From Amoebidium appalachense (taxonomy: Eukaryota; Protista; Ichthyosporea): a stretch of DNA of 64,000 bases. This document shows, one piece after another, positions 1 through 26,337 of this stretch. The first letter of the stretch is position 1. Each line of letters starts with the position of its first letter. Made by a program: the position numbers and the translations under genes. The notes under the pieces were generated by a model. It was not told the origin of the DNA. It saw only the letters and a list, made by a program, of their open reading frames with translations, and ran no database searches. The stretch is taken from assembly GCA_963693365.1 (NCBI GenBank), contig CAVNZM010000009.1, positions 390,963 through 454,962 on the forward strand, written 5' to 3'.

Positions 1-344
1 AGCTCGAGGTGTTTTGAAATGTAAAACAAGAGCAAACTTTATACACTCGGGCCAGGGGGGGGGGGGGGGGGGGTAGTTACACACAGGGGGTGCATGTGTG
101 AATGTTGGCTGTGGGTGGGGCCGCGAGGGAGAATGGGGGATGGGGGACTTCAGCTGCAACCTATGCCATTCCTCTTATTGTCTGTCTGTCTATCTGCCTA
201 CCTATCTAAATATCTACGTATCTACCTACCGATTTGTCTATCCATCCATCCATCTATCTATCTATGCACCCAACAATCTATCCATCTATCCACATATCAA
301 ACTATTGTCATTTGAATGAGTATGCATGCTAGGGGCACACCTAC

Positions 345-8619
<8,275 letters not shown>

Positions 8620-9551
8620 CCTCCCTCTTGGGCTGCTCAGTGCAGCCGCGCAAGCACCCACGGTTGAGTGGTGGCGGTGTATGTTTGGTGCGACCGGCAC
8701 CCAGTGGGCCAGGACGTTTAGTACCCAGGGAAAATGCTATCTTAGGACTACTGAGTGATAGGGCAAAACGCTACTAGCTTAGACAGCATACACTTAGCTT
8801 TGCTAACGGTAGCCATAGAAAGAGGGCCCTCAACTGAACCGTTGCGCATCGCCGAGTTCCCATGAAGAAGCACGAAAGAAACAAAAACAAATCCGGAATA
8901 TTTTTGTTGCCACCGACGCTGATTGGCTGGCCGATTTAGGTGGCACCAATCAGATGCGAGACTGGCATGGGATGGGAATTTTGATAAACACACTGGAAGG
9001 ATGCAAGGAGATGGCACTGTGATGTGTATTCAGATGGTACTCATGTATGTGCTATCGTCGAACCCCTCGACAGGAGGGAAACGGAATATATGTACTATGC
9101 TTGTGTGTCCGTACATGTGTGTGTGTGGGTGGGTCACCGGGGTGTAGGCTGGTACATGGGTGTATATGTGCTGGTGTATACGTGTGTACGTGCAACATCA
9201 GATATGGTGTGTGTTACAGCTAGTGTTTGTTGTTGGTGGCACTGTGCACGTGTGTGTGTGTGGTGTGTGCGTGACGCTGTGTTCGTGATATCTTCCTGTT
9301 ACCGTTTGGTACGGTATTATGTTTGCGTGTGCTCTGTAGGGGGTTAGAATACACAATATGCGAGCATATCGCTAAAACAAACAGGAAACAGACGCCGTTT
9401 TATTGCTCTTCGACATTCTAAAGTACAAGCCCATATACAGCACATTGACAAAGGCGCCAGGCTCTGTGTCGTCTACATAAATAACATAACTTCCATGATC
9501 TCCCCCCCCCCCCCCTCTCCCACCCACCCACCCACACACACACACACTCCT

Positions 9552-14316
<4,765 letters not shown>

Positions 14317-15704
14317 GTTGGTGTTGACAAAGTGAAAAGGAGAGAGACAGGGGAAGACACGTGGCCAAACAAGGAACCAGTGTGGGCGTCCTACAGTTGA
14401 TTGTATATTGGGCCCTAAACGCTGGGTAGACGTTATACCCTAGGGCGTGCACCTGGCAGTCTAGCGCTACAATATGCACATCTGCTTTCTAGCGTGGTGA
14501 TGATGTATGGTAGGGCCACCCGTGCATGTCTCTCGTCTCAGGTTTTTTTTACAACCTAGCTTCGGCTTCAACTCTTCAAGTCTAGACAAGCCTTCACGAA
14601 CTGGACAGTGCGCGTGCGCCCGCGCCCCCTGTGACGACTCATGTTCATCGATTCGGGTCCGAACGATTCGGGCAATTGGGTAGTTCGACCCGCAAAGAAT
14701 GGAGGATCTCCAAGGGCGGCGAGGGTTAAAAAATAAACAAAGCTGGCCAATCGGAAGGAACCATGCAAATTGTTTTTAGATCGTTTTATCCGGCCACCCG
14801 TGACCCGTCCAAATCTAAAAGGCTGGGTTTTGCCTCAGAGGTGTCCGGCTTTCCAATATATCTGTGGCTAAGGCTGCTCATCTAAAACATTTGAGAATTA
14901 TATTCGGTAAGTCAATATGGGCTGTTGCTATAAAACCTCTGTTGTGACAAAAAAGAAAAAAAGCAACTGTACATAGGCTTCAAGGCCGTGTGACGCCGCC
15001 GGATCGGCTGCACGCGTGCAGCAATGGATGATTGGTTTAAAATGCATCCACTGGAATGTCACCATTGACCCCACCCTGTTGCTGAGGCGACAAATTTTTA
15101 CCAGGCCAAAAAGTTTGGCAAAAACGACCGTAATAAGTATAATAACACCGTAACCAAGACTGTACACGACAGAGTTAATTGGATATTTTTAAGATTTATT
15201 ATATTTATTGGATTTTGTTCTAGGTCAATAAGACCTTCTTTCCTGTACATTCTAGTCATCATCTATTATTCTACTATGCATAGTACTCGAATTTAAATTT
15301 TGCGCCAGCTCCACACATTCAGTTTCAATAAACCCCTCACGGTTCGAGGTGTAGGGAACGCCGTACTACAATCTCCCTAGTTGTCCTGTGTCTATTCACT
15401 GTGTTCGACGTTCACGCTGGCTAGCTAGCGCAGCTGGCTAAGCAAGCAGTAGCGCTGGGACCGCAAACAGCTGCCTTGCAAACAGAGTCGACTACGCAAC
15501 AACTTCTCACTACTACAGTTGCATGATGGCCAACATACAGTGAAGATTTTGCTCCAAGCCTAATGTTTGTTGTAGACTAGGCGCATATACATATGCAGCA
15601 GCTGTAACCCATACACAGGCCAGCCGACAGACATGTCCCTACCATCACGTTTAAATTTGGGCTCTATAGAGGACAAAAGTATTTTCTATCTCTAGTCGAT
15701 TCTT

Positions 15705-15760
15705 TATTTCTCCTTGTAGTCTTGATTTCTCCTTGTAGTCTTGATTTCTCCTTGTAGTCT
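15705..15760. repeat. 19-bp tandem repeat x3
   Basis: (cttgatttctccttgtagt) repeated about three times at the edge of the dispersed repeat. Confidence 0.85.
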
Positions 15761-15922
15761 TTATGGTGTCTCGTAGAGAAAGTAAACCCTGATATATAGT
15801 CACCACCCGACATCTATGTACGTGATCATGATATACCGCTGAGGGGATATTCCGAGCAAAACCCCCCCCCCCATACCTGAGACTGGTTCTCTTTGCCTCG
15901 AGTAAACAGCGTAAACCCCTCT
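15757..15922 (+). repeat. dispersed repeat, copy 1 (probable non-autonomous element)
   Basis: Near-identical to the reverse complement of 22699-22816 plus 23378-23427; a ~27-nt piece (ctttgcctcgagtaaacagcgtaaac) recurs near 49600. Confidence 0.8.
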
Positions 15923-16138
15923 TGCCTTTGAAGATATGTTTGCAGTACCCGCAGACGCCACCGACCTAGACGTAGCCTGCTAGCCTCCCTGCCCAGTTTT
16001 AACCTGCAGTAGTGACGGGGCGATCGGCGGGTTCAAACTTGGTTCGTTGGGTGGCACCTGTTGAGGCATCGAGGGCTGTGCTTCAAGTTAGAACAAGTAC
16101 GTGCTGCAACTCATCCTGTTTGAAATCAATTTATTATC

Positions 16139-16659
16139 ATGGCGGAACCAGGTCCTCAGCGTAGGAAATCACCTTCGGGGGTAGACGGTACAACCTCACA
16201 GCAACCGAAGCTGCAGTCACGAAACACGAGCCCGGCACTAGTCCCCGAGCCTGGAGAGTCCTTAGGAGATGAGGAAGCATCGAAAGGGATTTGTAGCTGC
16301 CTGCCCTATGGCCTTAAGGACATAACACCGCCAGAGGAAGAGAAGGTCGACCCACTACCCCCCACCCAGTCAAATCTTTCAATACAGCGCGGTAGCACTA
16401 AGTATCGAATACTTGTGGGCGGCGGGCGAGATTCTTATCATACCTTATCTGTTGGGGCAGGGTGTGCCTGTGGAAATAGCGGGGCTCGTGTGGGTCATTA
16501 ACCCAGTGGTGGCCGTGTTCCTGTTGCCTTATTTGGGCTCGTCGAGTGATAACTGCACGAGCAGAATGGGAAGGCGGCGACCGTTCATCATAGCACTCGT
16601 TGCACTAAGGTATGTTTGTCGTTTTTTTTTTTGTTTTTTTTTTTTTGTTTTTTGTTTTT

Positions 16660-16700
<41 letters not shown>

Positions 16701-16843
16701 TTTTCCCCCCTTTTTCCACGCACTTCAAAGCATGATAGAGGCTAAAGCTTGGCAACTTTGTCTTTCACGCATGCCCGCAGTTCAACAATGGCGGGACGAC
16801 CTAGTATTTTTGGAGAGGCAATTGCCTAATAAGCGCCCCCCCC

Positions 16844-16902
<59 letters not shown>

Positions 16903-19797
16903 GGGGGGGGGGGGGGTATGTATTCATATGGTGGTTTTTTTCTGTGTGTGTTCCCTCTGTGCACCTTGAGTGGCGGTTATGCGCTTTTCTTGCTAGGGAA
17001 TGGAATGGCATGCAGTGCGCCAAGACCCCTACCACCCCCTCACACCCTCCCACCTGCAGTGTCGTCAGCATAGTGCTGCTGGTGCTGGCCACCGACCAGG
17101 CAGAGGGCTCATCCACAGGCACCATTGTCGTGTGTTTTCTGTCCTTTGCCCTGCTCGACGTGTGCCACAATGGTCTCCTGGGCCTCACACGAACACTGGT
17201 GGGTGACCTCTCCGGCAAATCCCCACACGACGTTGAAAAGGCCGAGGCGACATACACGGGACTGCAGTTGGCGGGGCGGTTGCTTGTTCTTGCGGCCGGC
17301 CTTCTTCCAATTGATTTCATGTTTCCCTATTTGGCCGGGTCGTACCAGCATGCACGTGGGCTGTTTGTGATTGGTGTTTTTCTTTTGATATTCACGACCC
17401 TAATCACGTGCATATCCGCAAAGGAGATCCCGTATTATCCAACCAGAAAGGTGGTGGAGTTGGTGGTGCGGGTGCCTAAGGTCAAAGAATTAACCGACGA
17501 TATTGTTACCGTTCATGACAGTTCGTGTAACATCAACCGCTTTAACGCTGCACAAAAAACACCCAACTCGAAACCCAAACAGCAAACGAAAAAATCACCA
17601 CCCGGGGACGAAGGCGAATTTTTGTTTGCGCCCGAAAGCTACCCGGATGGCGGAAAGGGGATTAAATCCCCACGAACGCCCCTTTCGGGGGATATGTTTT
17701 TTGACGCCAACGAGAGGTCATACACGGACATGAACACCAGCGATGATTCATTGTACCACAGCGGGGATGAAGGGGAATATACTGCGCATCAGGAGACCAT
17801 TAGGTTGGAGAGGCTCGAGAGGAGAATGGCCAGGGAGGAGGAGGAGAACAAGAAGTGGTGGCAGCTGCCAGGGGTAAGGCCTCGTACACGTGCATGCACA
17901 TGTTGTTTGACGTGGCGTAAATGTGTGTGTGGGCAACATAAACAGAGTTTCAGACCAATGTGGCACATTTTGGTTCGTTTAGTTGAAATGATTGACTTGG
18001 TTTATTAAGGGTGAGCTAACTGGGTTGAGGAATTGATAGGTCTCACTTTAGCCTGTCGTGCATCGAAAAACGTTTCCCAATCAGAACACTTTTCTCGTGC
18101 ATTTGAACTCTTTCAAGGAATTGACCCCCCTTTGCTAAATCTTGCAGGATCTGTGGGTGCTCCTTGCCGTGACCTTCATTGGTTGGGTGGCAAACTTGGC
18201 CCAGAATTTCTACTGGACGAGCTGGATCTCCCTAGACTCCAAGATCCCGGGCACCCCCCTTTACACGGCCTTCACCACCCTTTTTATTGACGCCATCTCT
18301 GGAATTCTTTCTCTCCCCTTGATTGTCCGTCTGGTATGAACCACTCCCCTTCTCCGTCCTCCCCCCCCCCCCCCCCTCCCCCCTCCCCCCTCCCTCCCTC
18401 CCTTCTGGAAATTTGAAAATATGGGCACCCAAACAGGAGTATATGGGCACCCAAACACACACTCACTCACGCACTCACTCACGCACGCACACACAGGCCT
18501 AGGCACACGCTCACTCACTAAAAAAAAGTCATGAAAATTGAGGGTACAGACCACAGTCTGGCAAGGACACCCGGAAAAGAACGACTGCAAATGGACCCAC
18601 TCTCCATATCCGGAGCAACACTTCATGGGCATGGCCGTCTGTCATTATACATTTGGTTTTCGTTCGTTGGATTCAAAGGTAATAGGCAAGGAAGCTGGGA
18701 AACACGGTGGGCGACCGGGCGGGTGTGTGTGTGTGTGGGAGGGGGGGGGGGGGGGGGGGGGGAGGGTAGGATTACCCGGCACACGCCTCTCAGCGTCAAC
18801 AGCACGTCTGACATCTGTGTAGTGTCTCTGTGTTGTCCGCACCGTCCACCCACATGCACACACATACACACACAATTCACACTTTTCATGCCCAAACGAC
18901 TTTCTTAACACATGTTTTGTTGCATGTACATCCTTTCGATCCCACTACCCCCTTCTAACAAACATCTCTGTTCCAAACAGAATGAACTCGTTGGGGCCTT
19001 TACCGTTCTTATTGCAGCCGAAACCCTCTTCCTCCTAGCGCTAGTCATGACTCGTCTGGCCACGGATGTGTGGTGGGCGCAGTGTGTGCTTGCTGGCTTC
19101 ATGGGAGCCTGCTATGCGGCGCACAGCAACAACCCCTATGTGGTGTGTGAGGGCATCATGCGCAGGTCACAGAGCCCAGCACGAAGGGGTCTCTACAGTG
19201 GCCTGGTCAACGCAACACTCACCGCCGCACAGCTGCTGGTTGGAAGCCTGGCTGGGTAAATGCCCCCCCCCCCCCCCCCCCCCCCCCCCAACTTCCCCCC
19301 GCTGAGATAGGCCCGCACACATGAACACACGCATGCTAACTCATATACACCCAAACAATAAGCCTCCTCTCGCCAGCGGTCTTTTGGCTGCATCTGCCCT
19401 TGTTAGACGTCGACACAACCCTACTCTGTATGCGCTCTTTGAGCCCAAGATGTCAACACAAACACAAAACCCTTTGCATTCCCCCCCCCCCCCCCCCCCC
19501 CCCCCCGCCACTTAAAGCAAAAATGCACGCCATACCATGTCCCTCTCTCGACATGCCACTAACCCCATCCCCCCTCTCCCTCCCAGGCTGTGTGTCAAAG
19601 CTCTTGGCAACAGCACCAGCACATTCTTCTTTGTTCTGGGCCTGTCTGGGCTGGGCATGCTGGTGCTGGTGTGTGGGGTGCACTGCCTGGCAAGGAGGAG
19701 GGCACCCAGTGTGCAGGTGGAGTGGAAACACGTGGTGCAGCTGGATCACGAGGAGAGGAGGAAGGACAAGACACGCCTGCTGCATGCACAGTACTAG
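16139..19797 (+). CDS. MFS GPH-family sugar:H+ symporter (SLC45/plant SUT-like), 5 exons, apparent +1 frameshift near 16358-16363
   Basis: Exons 16139-16609, 17060-17873, 18148-18333, 18981-19255, 19587-19797. Motifs: SIEYLWAAGEILIIPYLLGQG, VWVINPVVAVFLLPYLGSSSDNCTSRMGRRRPFI (the SLC45/SUT SD-C-S-GRRRPFI signature), LLDVCHNGLLGLTRTLVGDL, a long acidic central loop, and GLYSGLVNATLTAAQLL. Confidence 0.88.
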
Positions 19798-19962
19798 GCA
19801 CTGGTGGCGTGCAACTAGTACTAGATTAGGCGCAATGTAGCGAGCTAGCATGCACAGTGCCGATATTAGACTAGGCATTGGTAGCATGCACGGTGCTGGG
19901 CACTGGTAGTGTGCACAGCGCTGATTAGCACTGATTGCAAAGCAGCACTAGGCACTGGTAGG
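19790..19962. repeat. degenerate 3'-UTR minisatellite
   Basis: Several copies of (c/t)actaggcactggtag..tgcac starting at the transporter stop codon. Confidence 0.6.
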
Positions 19963-20050
19963 ACGTGGTAGGATGGTCACTGGTCATGTATGTACATAGT
20001 CTTAGGGTAGCCATTGTGGCCAAACGGGCAGCCTTGCTGGAAGAGCCTTT

Positions 20051-20081
<31 letters not shown>

Positions 20082-20817
20082 GGGGGGGGATAAATGCTCG
20101 AATGGGGAACTTTTGCAACGAGGAAGCACGATGCTTGCTTTTGTTTTCATTGTACTTACAATGACGTAGGAACCCCGTCAACGACCAGGTGAAAATACTG
20201 AGCAATGATGAATGCAGCATGTTTATCCCAATACAGCAATCCCCCCCCCCCCCCCCCCCCCCTCTCCCATCACGTCACACACACGCCCACACATGCACTT
20301 TTTTCTTTTTATTGGCATTGTTACTGCTGTTGTAACTCCTGAATGTCTCTTACGATATCAATTGACTCAAGTATACTTTGGTATTCATGTTACCTTGAAG
20401 TAACATAGTTTTAATCTGATACAACGCAATGGGAAAACCCCCGTGGTTCGCTCTGAGACTCCATGCCCGCTGGTGCTAAATTGCTGAATCAGCATAATCA
20501 GACCATCGCTTTCATTCGGATCACAATCACCTATTAGGTGTCTGCCTCATTAGGGAGAAGCTATATCTCAAAGCTAACTACATACTAAAAGGTCAATGTA
20601 TTTCAACCGGCCATGCCATGTGTTAATGTATCATATCGTGGGGGGTGCTGTATGAGGTACCATTCCTGGGGGGCGCCATATGGAGAGGTGGTTGTGTGCC
20701 CTGGCCTCTTGTGGTTGTTCCCCTGTGGGCGGTATTGTGTTGGCACCCTCCTTTATAAATACGCGAAAGAACACCAACAAACAGCTACATCACATCACAC
20801 ACACACACACACACACA

Positions 20818-20907
<90 letters not shown>

Positions 20908-20935
20908 CTTTCCCCCCCCCCCCCCCCCCCCCCCG

Positions 20936-21110
20936 CGCTTTTTCTGTCACTCAATCTGTCTTAGCTCTCAATACTTCTCTCTCTCTCGTTACAATAATTT
21001 CCCCTCCCTCCTCCCCCCCGTCCCCCCCTCTCCCCCCCCCCCCCCCCCCCCGCTTTTTCTGTCACTCAATCTGTCTTAGCTCTCAATACTTCTCTCTCTC
21101 TAGTTAAAAT
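20936..21110. repeat. local ~115-bp tandem duplication
   Basis: cgctttttctgtcactcaatctgtcttagctctcaatacttctctctctct occurs at about 20936 and 21051. Confidence 0.85.
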
Positions 21111-21561
21111 AAATTTCCCCTCCCTCCCCCCCCCCCCCCCCTCCCCCCCCCTCTTCCCCCCCCCCCCCCCCCCCCCCCCGGGGCCCCCCCCACACACACA
21201 AACACGCACACGGGCACACCCAGATATCCACATGCTTTTGATAGTATACACCTTCCCCTCCCCCCTCCCTTCCTGCCTCTCCTCCAACCAACCACCACCA
21301 CCATCGGTGAGCCATCCCATATGTCTCTGTCCATTAGACTTGCCCCCCTCCCCCCCCCCCCCCCCCTGGCTTCTCCTCTGCTTCTTCGCTTCTTTTCCCC
21401 ATAGCTTACTCGTAACTTTTGACCATTACAGCAAACCCTCCCCCTCCTGGCTATCACCCGGCCATATTCCCCTGTGCAGGTGCTTGCAACCATCCGTGCC
21501 TGTGCACCAGTTCGTTCCCCTGTCGGCCACAATGTCATACATACTCACCAACACACACACA

Positions 21562-21619
<58 letters not shown>

Positions 21620-21659
21620 CACACACATACAAACACAAACACACGCACACACACACGCG

Positions 21660-21797
<138 letters not shown>

Positions 21798-22075
21798 CTT
21801 ACGTTTAACTCACAACCTACCTCCCTTTTTTCCCGTTGCTTCTCACTACCCCTTCTTTCCCTCCCCCCCCCCCCCCCCTCCCCCCCCTCCCTCCCCCCCC
21901 CCCCCTCCCGCCCCACCCTCAGTCACAGCCCCTCCCCAGCCGCCTCAGACCCCTTATAGGCACACAAACACACAGGTGTCCACACGAGGCAGGAGCAAGA
22001 CTGACCGAGTCATTGAATAATCCGAAAAAAAAGGCGTGACCTCTCGATAAGTAACTGCTCAATGAAAACACTCAC

Positions 22076-22580
22076 CTCTCTGGGGGCTGTGGTACCGGCA
22101 CAGTCTTGTGTGTGGGCCTTCATCCTCGGAGTCTGAAAGTGCCTCCACACGTGGCCGTTTGTGCCTGCTAGCCTGTGCTTCTTCCTCTTGGCGTTTACGC
22201 GTCAGCAACTGAAGTATCTTTAGTCTAGTTACCCATTCTCTGTGTGTCTTTGTGTCCGTCAGTCTCCTGGTCCACGTCTGTGGCGCCCATCTCTCAGGTT
22301 CTGAGGGATGCCGCAATTCCTTCACTATATGCGTCAGATGAGTTGTTATCTGCCCTGCATTCTGCTCATCAGATTGTGCAGCTCTTTCCTGCTGGTTCGA
22401 AAGCACCACCTCCTCGAACCTCTTCCAGACCTGTTGTGCTCGGTGCAGCTTGAGAGACTTTTGAACCTGAACCTCACAGGATTTGATTGTAACGTTGGGA
22501 TCGACAGAAAGGCGAAACAGCTCGAGAGCCGAAGAATGGATTGCCCCGTCCAACTCAGAGTTATGAGGGGTACAAGGCAT
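22076..22580 (-). CDS. hypothetical protein, first exon (possible nuclear protein); downstream exons unresolved
   Basis: Repeat-free ORF of about 168 codons ending at a strong AG|GTGAGT donor; contains NLS-like RKRQ...RHKRPR and acidic SDSEDE. No family recognised. Confidence 0.55.
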
Positions 22581-22698
22581 TTTCGACTCGAGAAACGCCT
22601 ATGAGTGACCAGTCATGCGAGCTAAAATAAGTCCGCGGACAGCGTAGGGAGTGCGAGCTGAGGCCTTGTATGTACACCGTTGTTAAAGTTCTAAATCA

Positions 22699-23427
22699 AA
22701 GAGGGGTTTACGCTGTTTACTCGAGGCAAAGAGAGACCAGTCTCAGGTATGGGGGGTTTTTGCTCGGAATATCCCCTCAGCGGTATATCATGATCACGTA
22801 CATAGCTGTCGGGTGAGGTTTTATTTGTGGAATTTATTGACAAAAATATTTTTCTGGGTAAACACGTAGGATGGGTGTTCGGATCGACATAACCATGTAG
22901 GCTTCGTTTCGTGTTTCAGCAGTTCGCAGTTGGCTGCCCGCACACGGGCACCTATTAGCCAATCTAAACGTCAGATTCCACATATCACTAGACCGATTTT
23001 GATTGGCTCGGATCAGATTTCACATATCACTAGATCGATTTTGAAGGCTCGGATCGGTAGGCTTAGGTATATAAGCACGACAGTTTTTAGCAGATCAGCA
23101 AGCTACAAACACATCTTCTGTGTTGAGCACCCACAGCCCTTACAGCTATATTTTCTTTTCACCCACCCACCTACACCCACACTCAACCCCCATTGATCCA
23201 CACATACGTGCTGTTTTTTCACGGGGCGAAGACTTCCCCCGTTTTTTGGGAACAAGGACCTCACGGATCAATAATTGATGACTGAGGGCTTGCCGTGGTT
23301 TACAACTATTGCAGGTTCACTTTCGTCCAAAGGGATGTCCCCCTAGAGGCAACACACGTCCCGGAGTAGTTTTCATAGGTGATTATATATCAGGGTTTAC
23401 TTTCTCTACGAGACACCATAAAGACTA
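22699..23427 (-). repeat. dispersed repeat, copy 2, with ~560 bp of extra internal sequence
   Basis: The ends match copy 1 in inverted orientation; 22817-23377 is absent from copy 1 and includes a ~41-bp tandem duplication at 22971-23055. Confidence 0.75.
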
Positions 23428-23527
23428 AGAAAAATCAATTAGTTGGGGTTCCCCGTTTTTTTTTTTAACACAAGGACAAGGCTCCATGCATTCTAAGACT
23501 TCTTCCCATATCAATCGGTGTGTCCTT

Positions 23528-23933
23528 TTAAATCTGAAAAATCCCGTTTATGAGGCTCCCGGAAATCCCCCGTAGTTTTTCGGACCTGGTTCGATAAAGT
23601 TGTGAAGCCGAGAAGGGAATGAACGGGACGGGGCGGGGAAGGAGGGGGGAGGGGGGAGGGGGGAGGGGGGGTTGGGTAGGTTGCTGGTGGTGAAAGTGGT
23701 TGAGGCGAGAAAGGGGGGGTTTTGGGGGGGAGGGGCGGGGGGGGTGTTCATACCCGCAGTTCATGTTTGGACCTGTGGCCGGCAGCCCACCGGCGCTGAA
23801 GTTGATGTTAAAGGCTGGAAATGCAGAGTCATTGGGGCCCATGTCCACCCCTGTGCACATGCAGACTGTGTGAGCAGGGGCACGAACCAAAAGCCTACAA
23901 ACAGGGTGTGCGTATATGTTGGGGTGGGGGTTT

Positions 23934-23964
<31 letters not shown>

Positions 23965-25353
23965 GGGGGGGTGGAGGGGGGGGAGGGGGGGAGGGGGGCG
24001 GGGATATACATGAGGGACTCAGCCTGACGAAAGGATGAGGGTCGTAAGAGGGTAGGCCATAAGGAATGAGGGGAAGGGAACCCGGGGAGTGGGGAACGGG
24101 GGGAGAGGGGGGAGAGAAGGGGAGGAAGGGAGAAGGGGAGGGGGAAGGGGGGGGGGGGGGGGGAGGGAAGGGGAAGGGCGAAGGAGAGTGGGGCTGGTTA
24201 TAAGTTGGAGAGGATAGGGGGTTACTTGTAGAAGGGGGACATGTGTAAACACGTAGCAATAGAGGCAAGCGGTGGGGAGGTCCCAGTGTCAGGTGCTATT
24301 ACCTCTATCTGTGGGGGGGAAGAAAGACCTACCGGCTTGAGGTCCAAACTGGCCGGGGTCTGAGAACTGAACAAATCTCTGCAAATTGCCGGGCACAAGG
24401 TACTGGGTTCTGTAATGAATAGGCATCAGCGTGTTAGAACCCATCTGGTGTTAAACGTGGTTTCATCCTATCACTTAATGTACATATAGTGGGTTACGGT
24501 TTTAAGTATGTGTTTCTGTCCTAAAAGTTACAGAACTTTCTCCTTCCTCTCTAAATGCTGGGAGTGTCGCGGCGAGGTTCAATTGAAAGTGGGTGACACT
24601 TACCCGCTGTAAAGAACCCCCCTCCCCCCACCCTCCCCCTCCCCCCCCCCTCCCCCCGCATACACACACACACACACACTACACGCATCAACTACCTGCT
24701 CGGTCACAGACTGCGAGCGAAGGAATATGTTTGCCAACGACCAAGTGAGATAGCAGGATTGCTTTTCCATTTATTAGCACGACCCTCTTTGTTTGTGGAT
24801 TTTTCTGAAGGGCTGGTGCGAAAACTAGGTCTACTTTTTATAAAAAAGAAAATTATGTGGTAAGTTGCAGCTTTTTTCCTGGACAACTGAAAGGATTTAA
24901 GGGTTAAAATGGGTGGGAAGGTGGGTATGTATTGGTTGAGGAGGGTGTTGTTGGTTGGGGGGTTTTCGGGGGGCGGGGGGAGGGGGGGGAGAGGGGGGGG
25001 GGGGAGAGGTTAAACACCCGTAATGGTTGGTGTTGATGCCCATTCCCGCGGGTCCAGACATATCCCCAATGGCGGGGAATGCTTGCGTCATGCCACGCCC
25101 ATTGTTGGTGTTGTTGCTGCCCACGCAGACACCTGCAACCATTATGCACACTCAGTACTACCGCGGTATGTCTCAGCGGCTATGGGATAATTATCACTGA
25201 CAACCGCCTGATCCATGCCACTATACTAAGTGGTGTTGCACTAGTAATGACCTCGGACGCGGGCGAGCACTATGCAGCAGTCCACGAGAAGCATGCAAAC
25301 ACACGCACCCGTTACAGTTGCACTATTGTGAAAAGTGTGTGTGTGTGTGTGTT

Positions 25354-25384
<31 letters not shown>

Positions 25385-26195
25385 CTTGCAGAGCTTGAGG
25401 GGGCTGATTTCAACAAGGGAGAGTGAGGGGAAGGGCAGCAGGTTGGGGGGGGGGGGGGGGGGTTAGATTTGGGAGGGAAAATTGAAGTTGGATGTCCAGG
25501 TAAGGAGATATGGGCACTCGTAGAACCAGAAGTAGCTAGTCTGGGCTGCACGCTGCCGAAGGGTCACACAGTGGGGTGGGTTTGGGCTGGGGAGAGAGGG
25601 GGGGGCCCGGGAGGGGGGGGGGGGGAGGGGAGAAGGAGGAGGGGAGGGGGGGGGGGGGGGGGGGGGGGGGGGCTGGGGTAGCAAGCATCACCTACCGGCT
25701 TGAAAGTCCAGCCCGGGCTGGCCAAACTGCATCTGACTGGGGTCGGGGAAAGAGGCAAATGACTGCATGCTGGTGGGCAAAAGAAAAGTTGCAGTGTGTT
25801 AGAACCTCCCCAGCATAGCATGGTGTTTGCACCGTTTCTAGTCACAGTGTGTGTATGTGCGCGTGTTTGTGTGCACGCACATGTGTGTGTTGGGGGGGGG
25901 GGGGGGGGGGGGGGAAGGGAGGTGGGGGGATTGAGAGGAGGAGGGTGGGGGGGAGGTGGGGGGGGTTGGGGGGATGTCTCAGGAGATTTTACACCAAAGG
26001 AAATTTCGCACTTCAACGGTTGTTCCTCTGGATTGTATAGGAGAAGTCACCCAACCGTGTTCAAAATGGAGCTCTGCCAATCTCCTCTTTCAAATACTTT
26101 GGTCTGGTGAGGAGGTTGTTTGTGTTCTGTTGGGTTTCAGAGCTGCTCTATGCCGAATATCGTCACAAAGTCGCCCCAGCTCCCATTCGCATTAA

Positions 26196-26240
<45 letters not shown>

Positions 26241-26302
26241 ACCTCCCCCCCCCCCCCTCCCCCCTCGGAGTCCCCCCCCCCCCCCCTCGCCCTTCCCCCC
26301 CC

Positions 26303-26337
<35 letters not shown>

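Noticed and set aside
8905-8955. ERSE/UPR element upstream of UGGT
   Set aside because: Two CCAAT boxes are present, but there is no CCACG at the N9 or N1 spacing.
14930-15180. Weak inverted ends (aacctctgttgtg / cacgacagagtt) suggesting a MITE
   Set aside because: Short imperfect match with no TSD.
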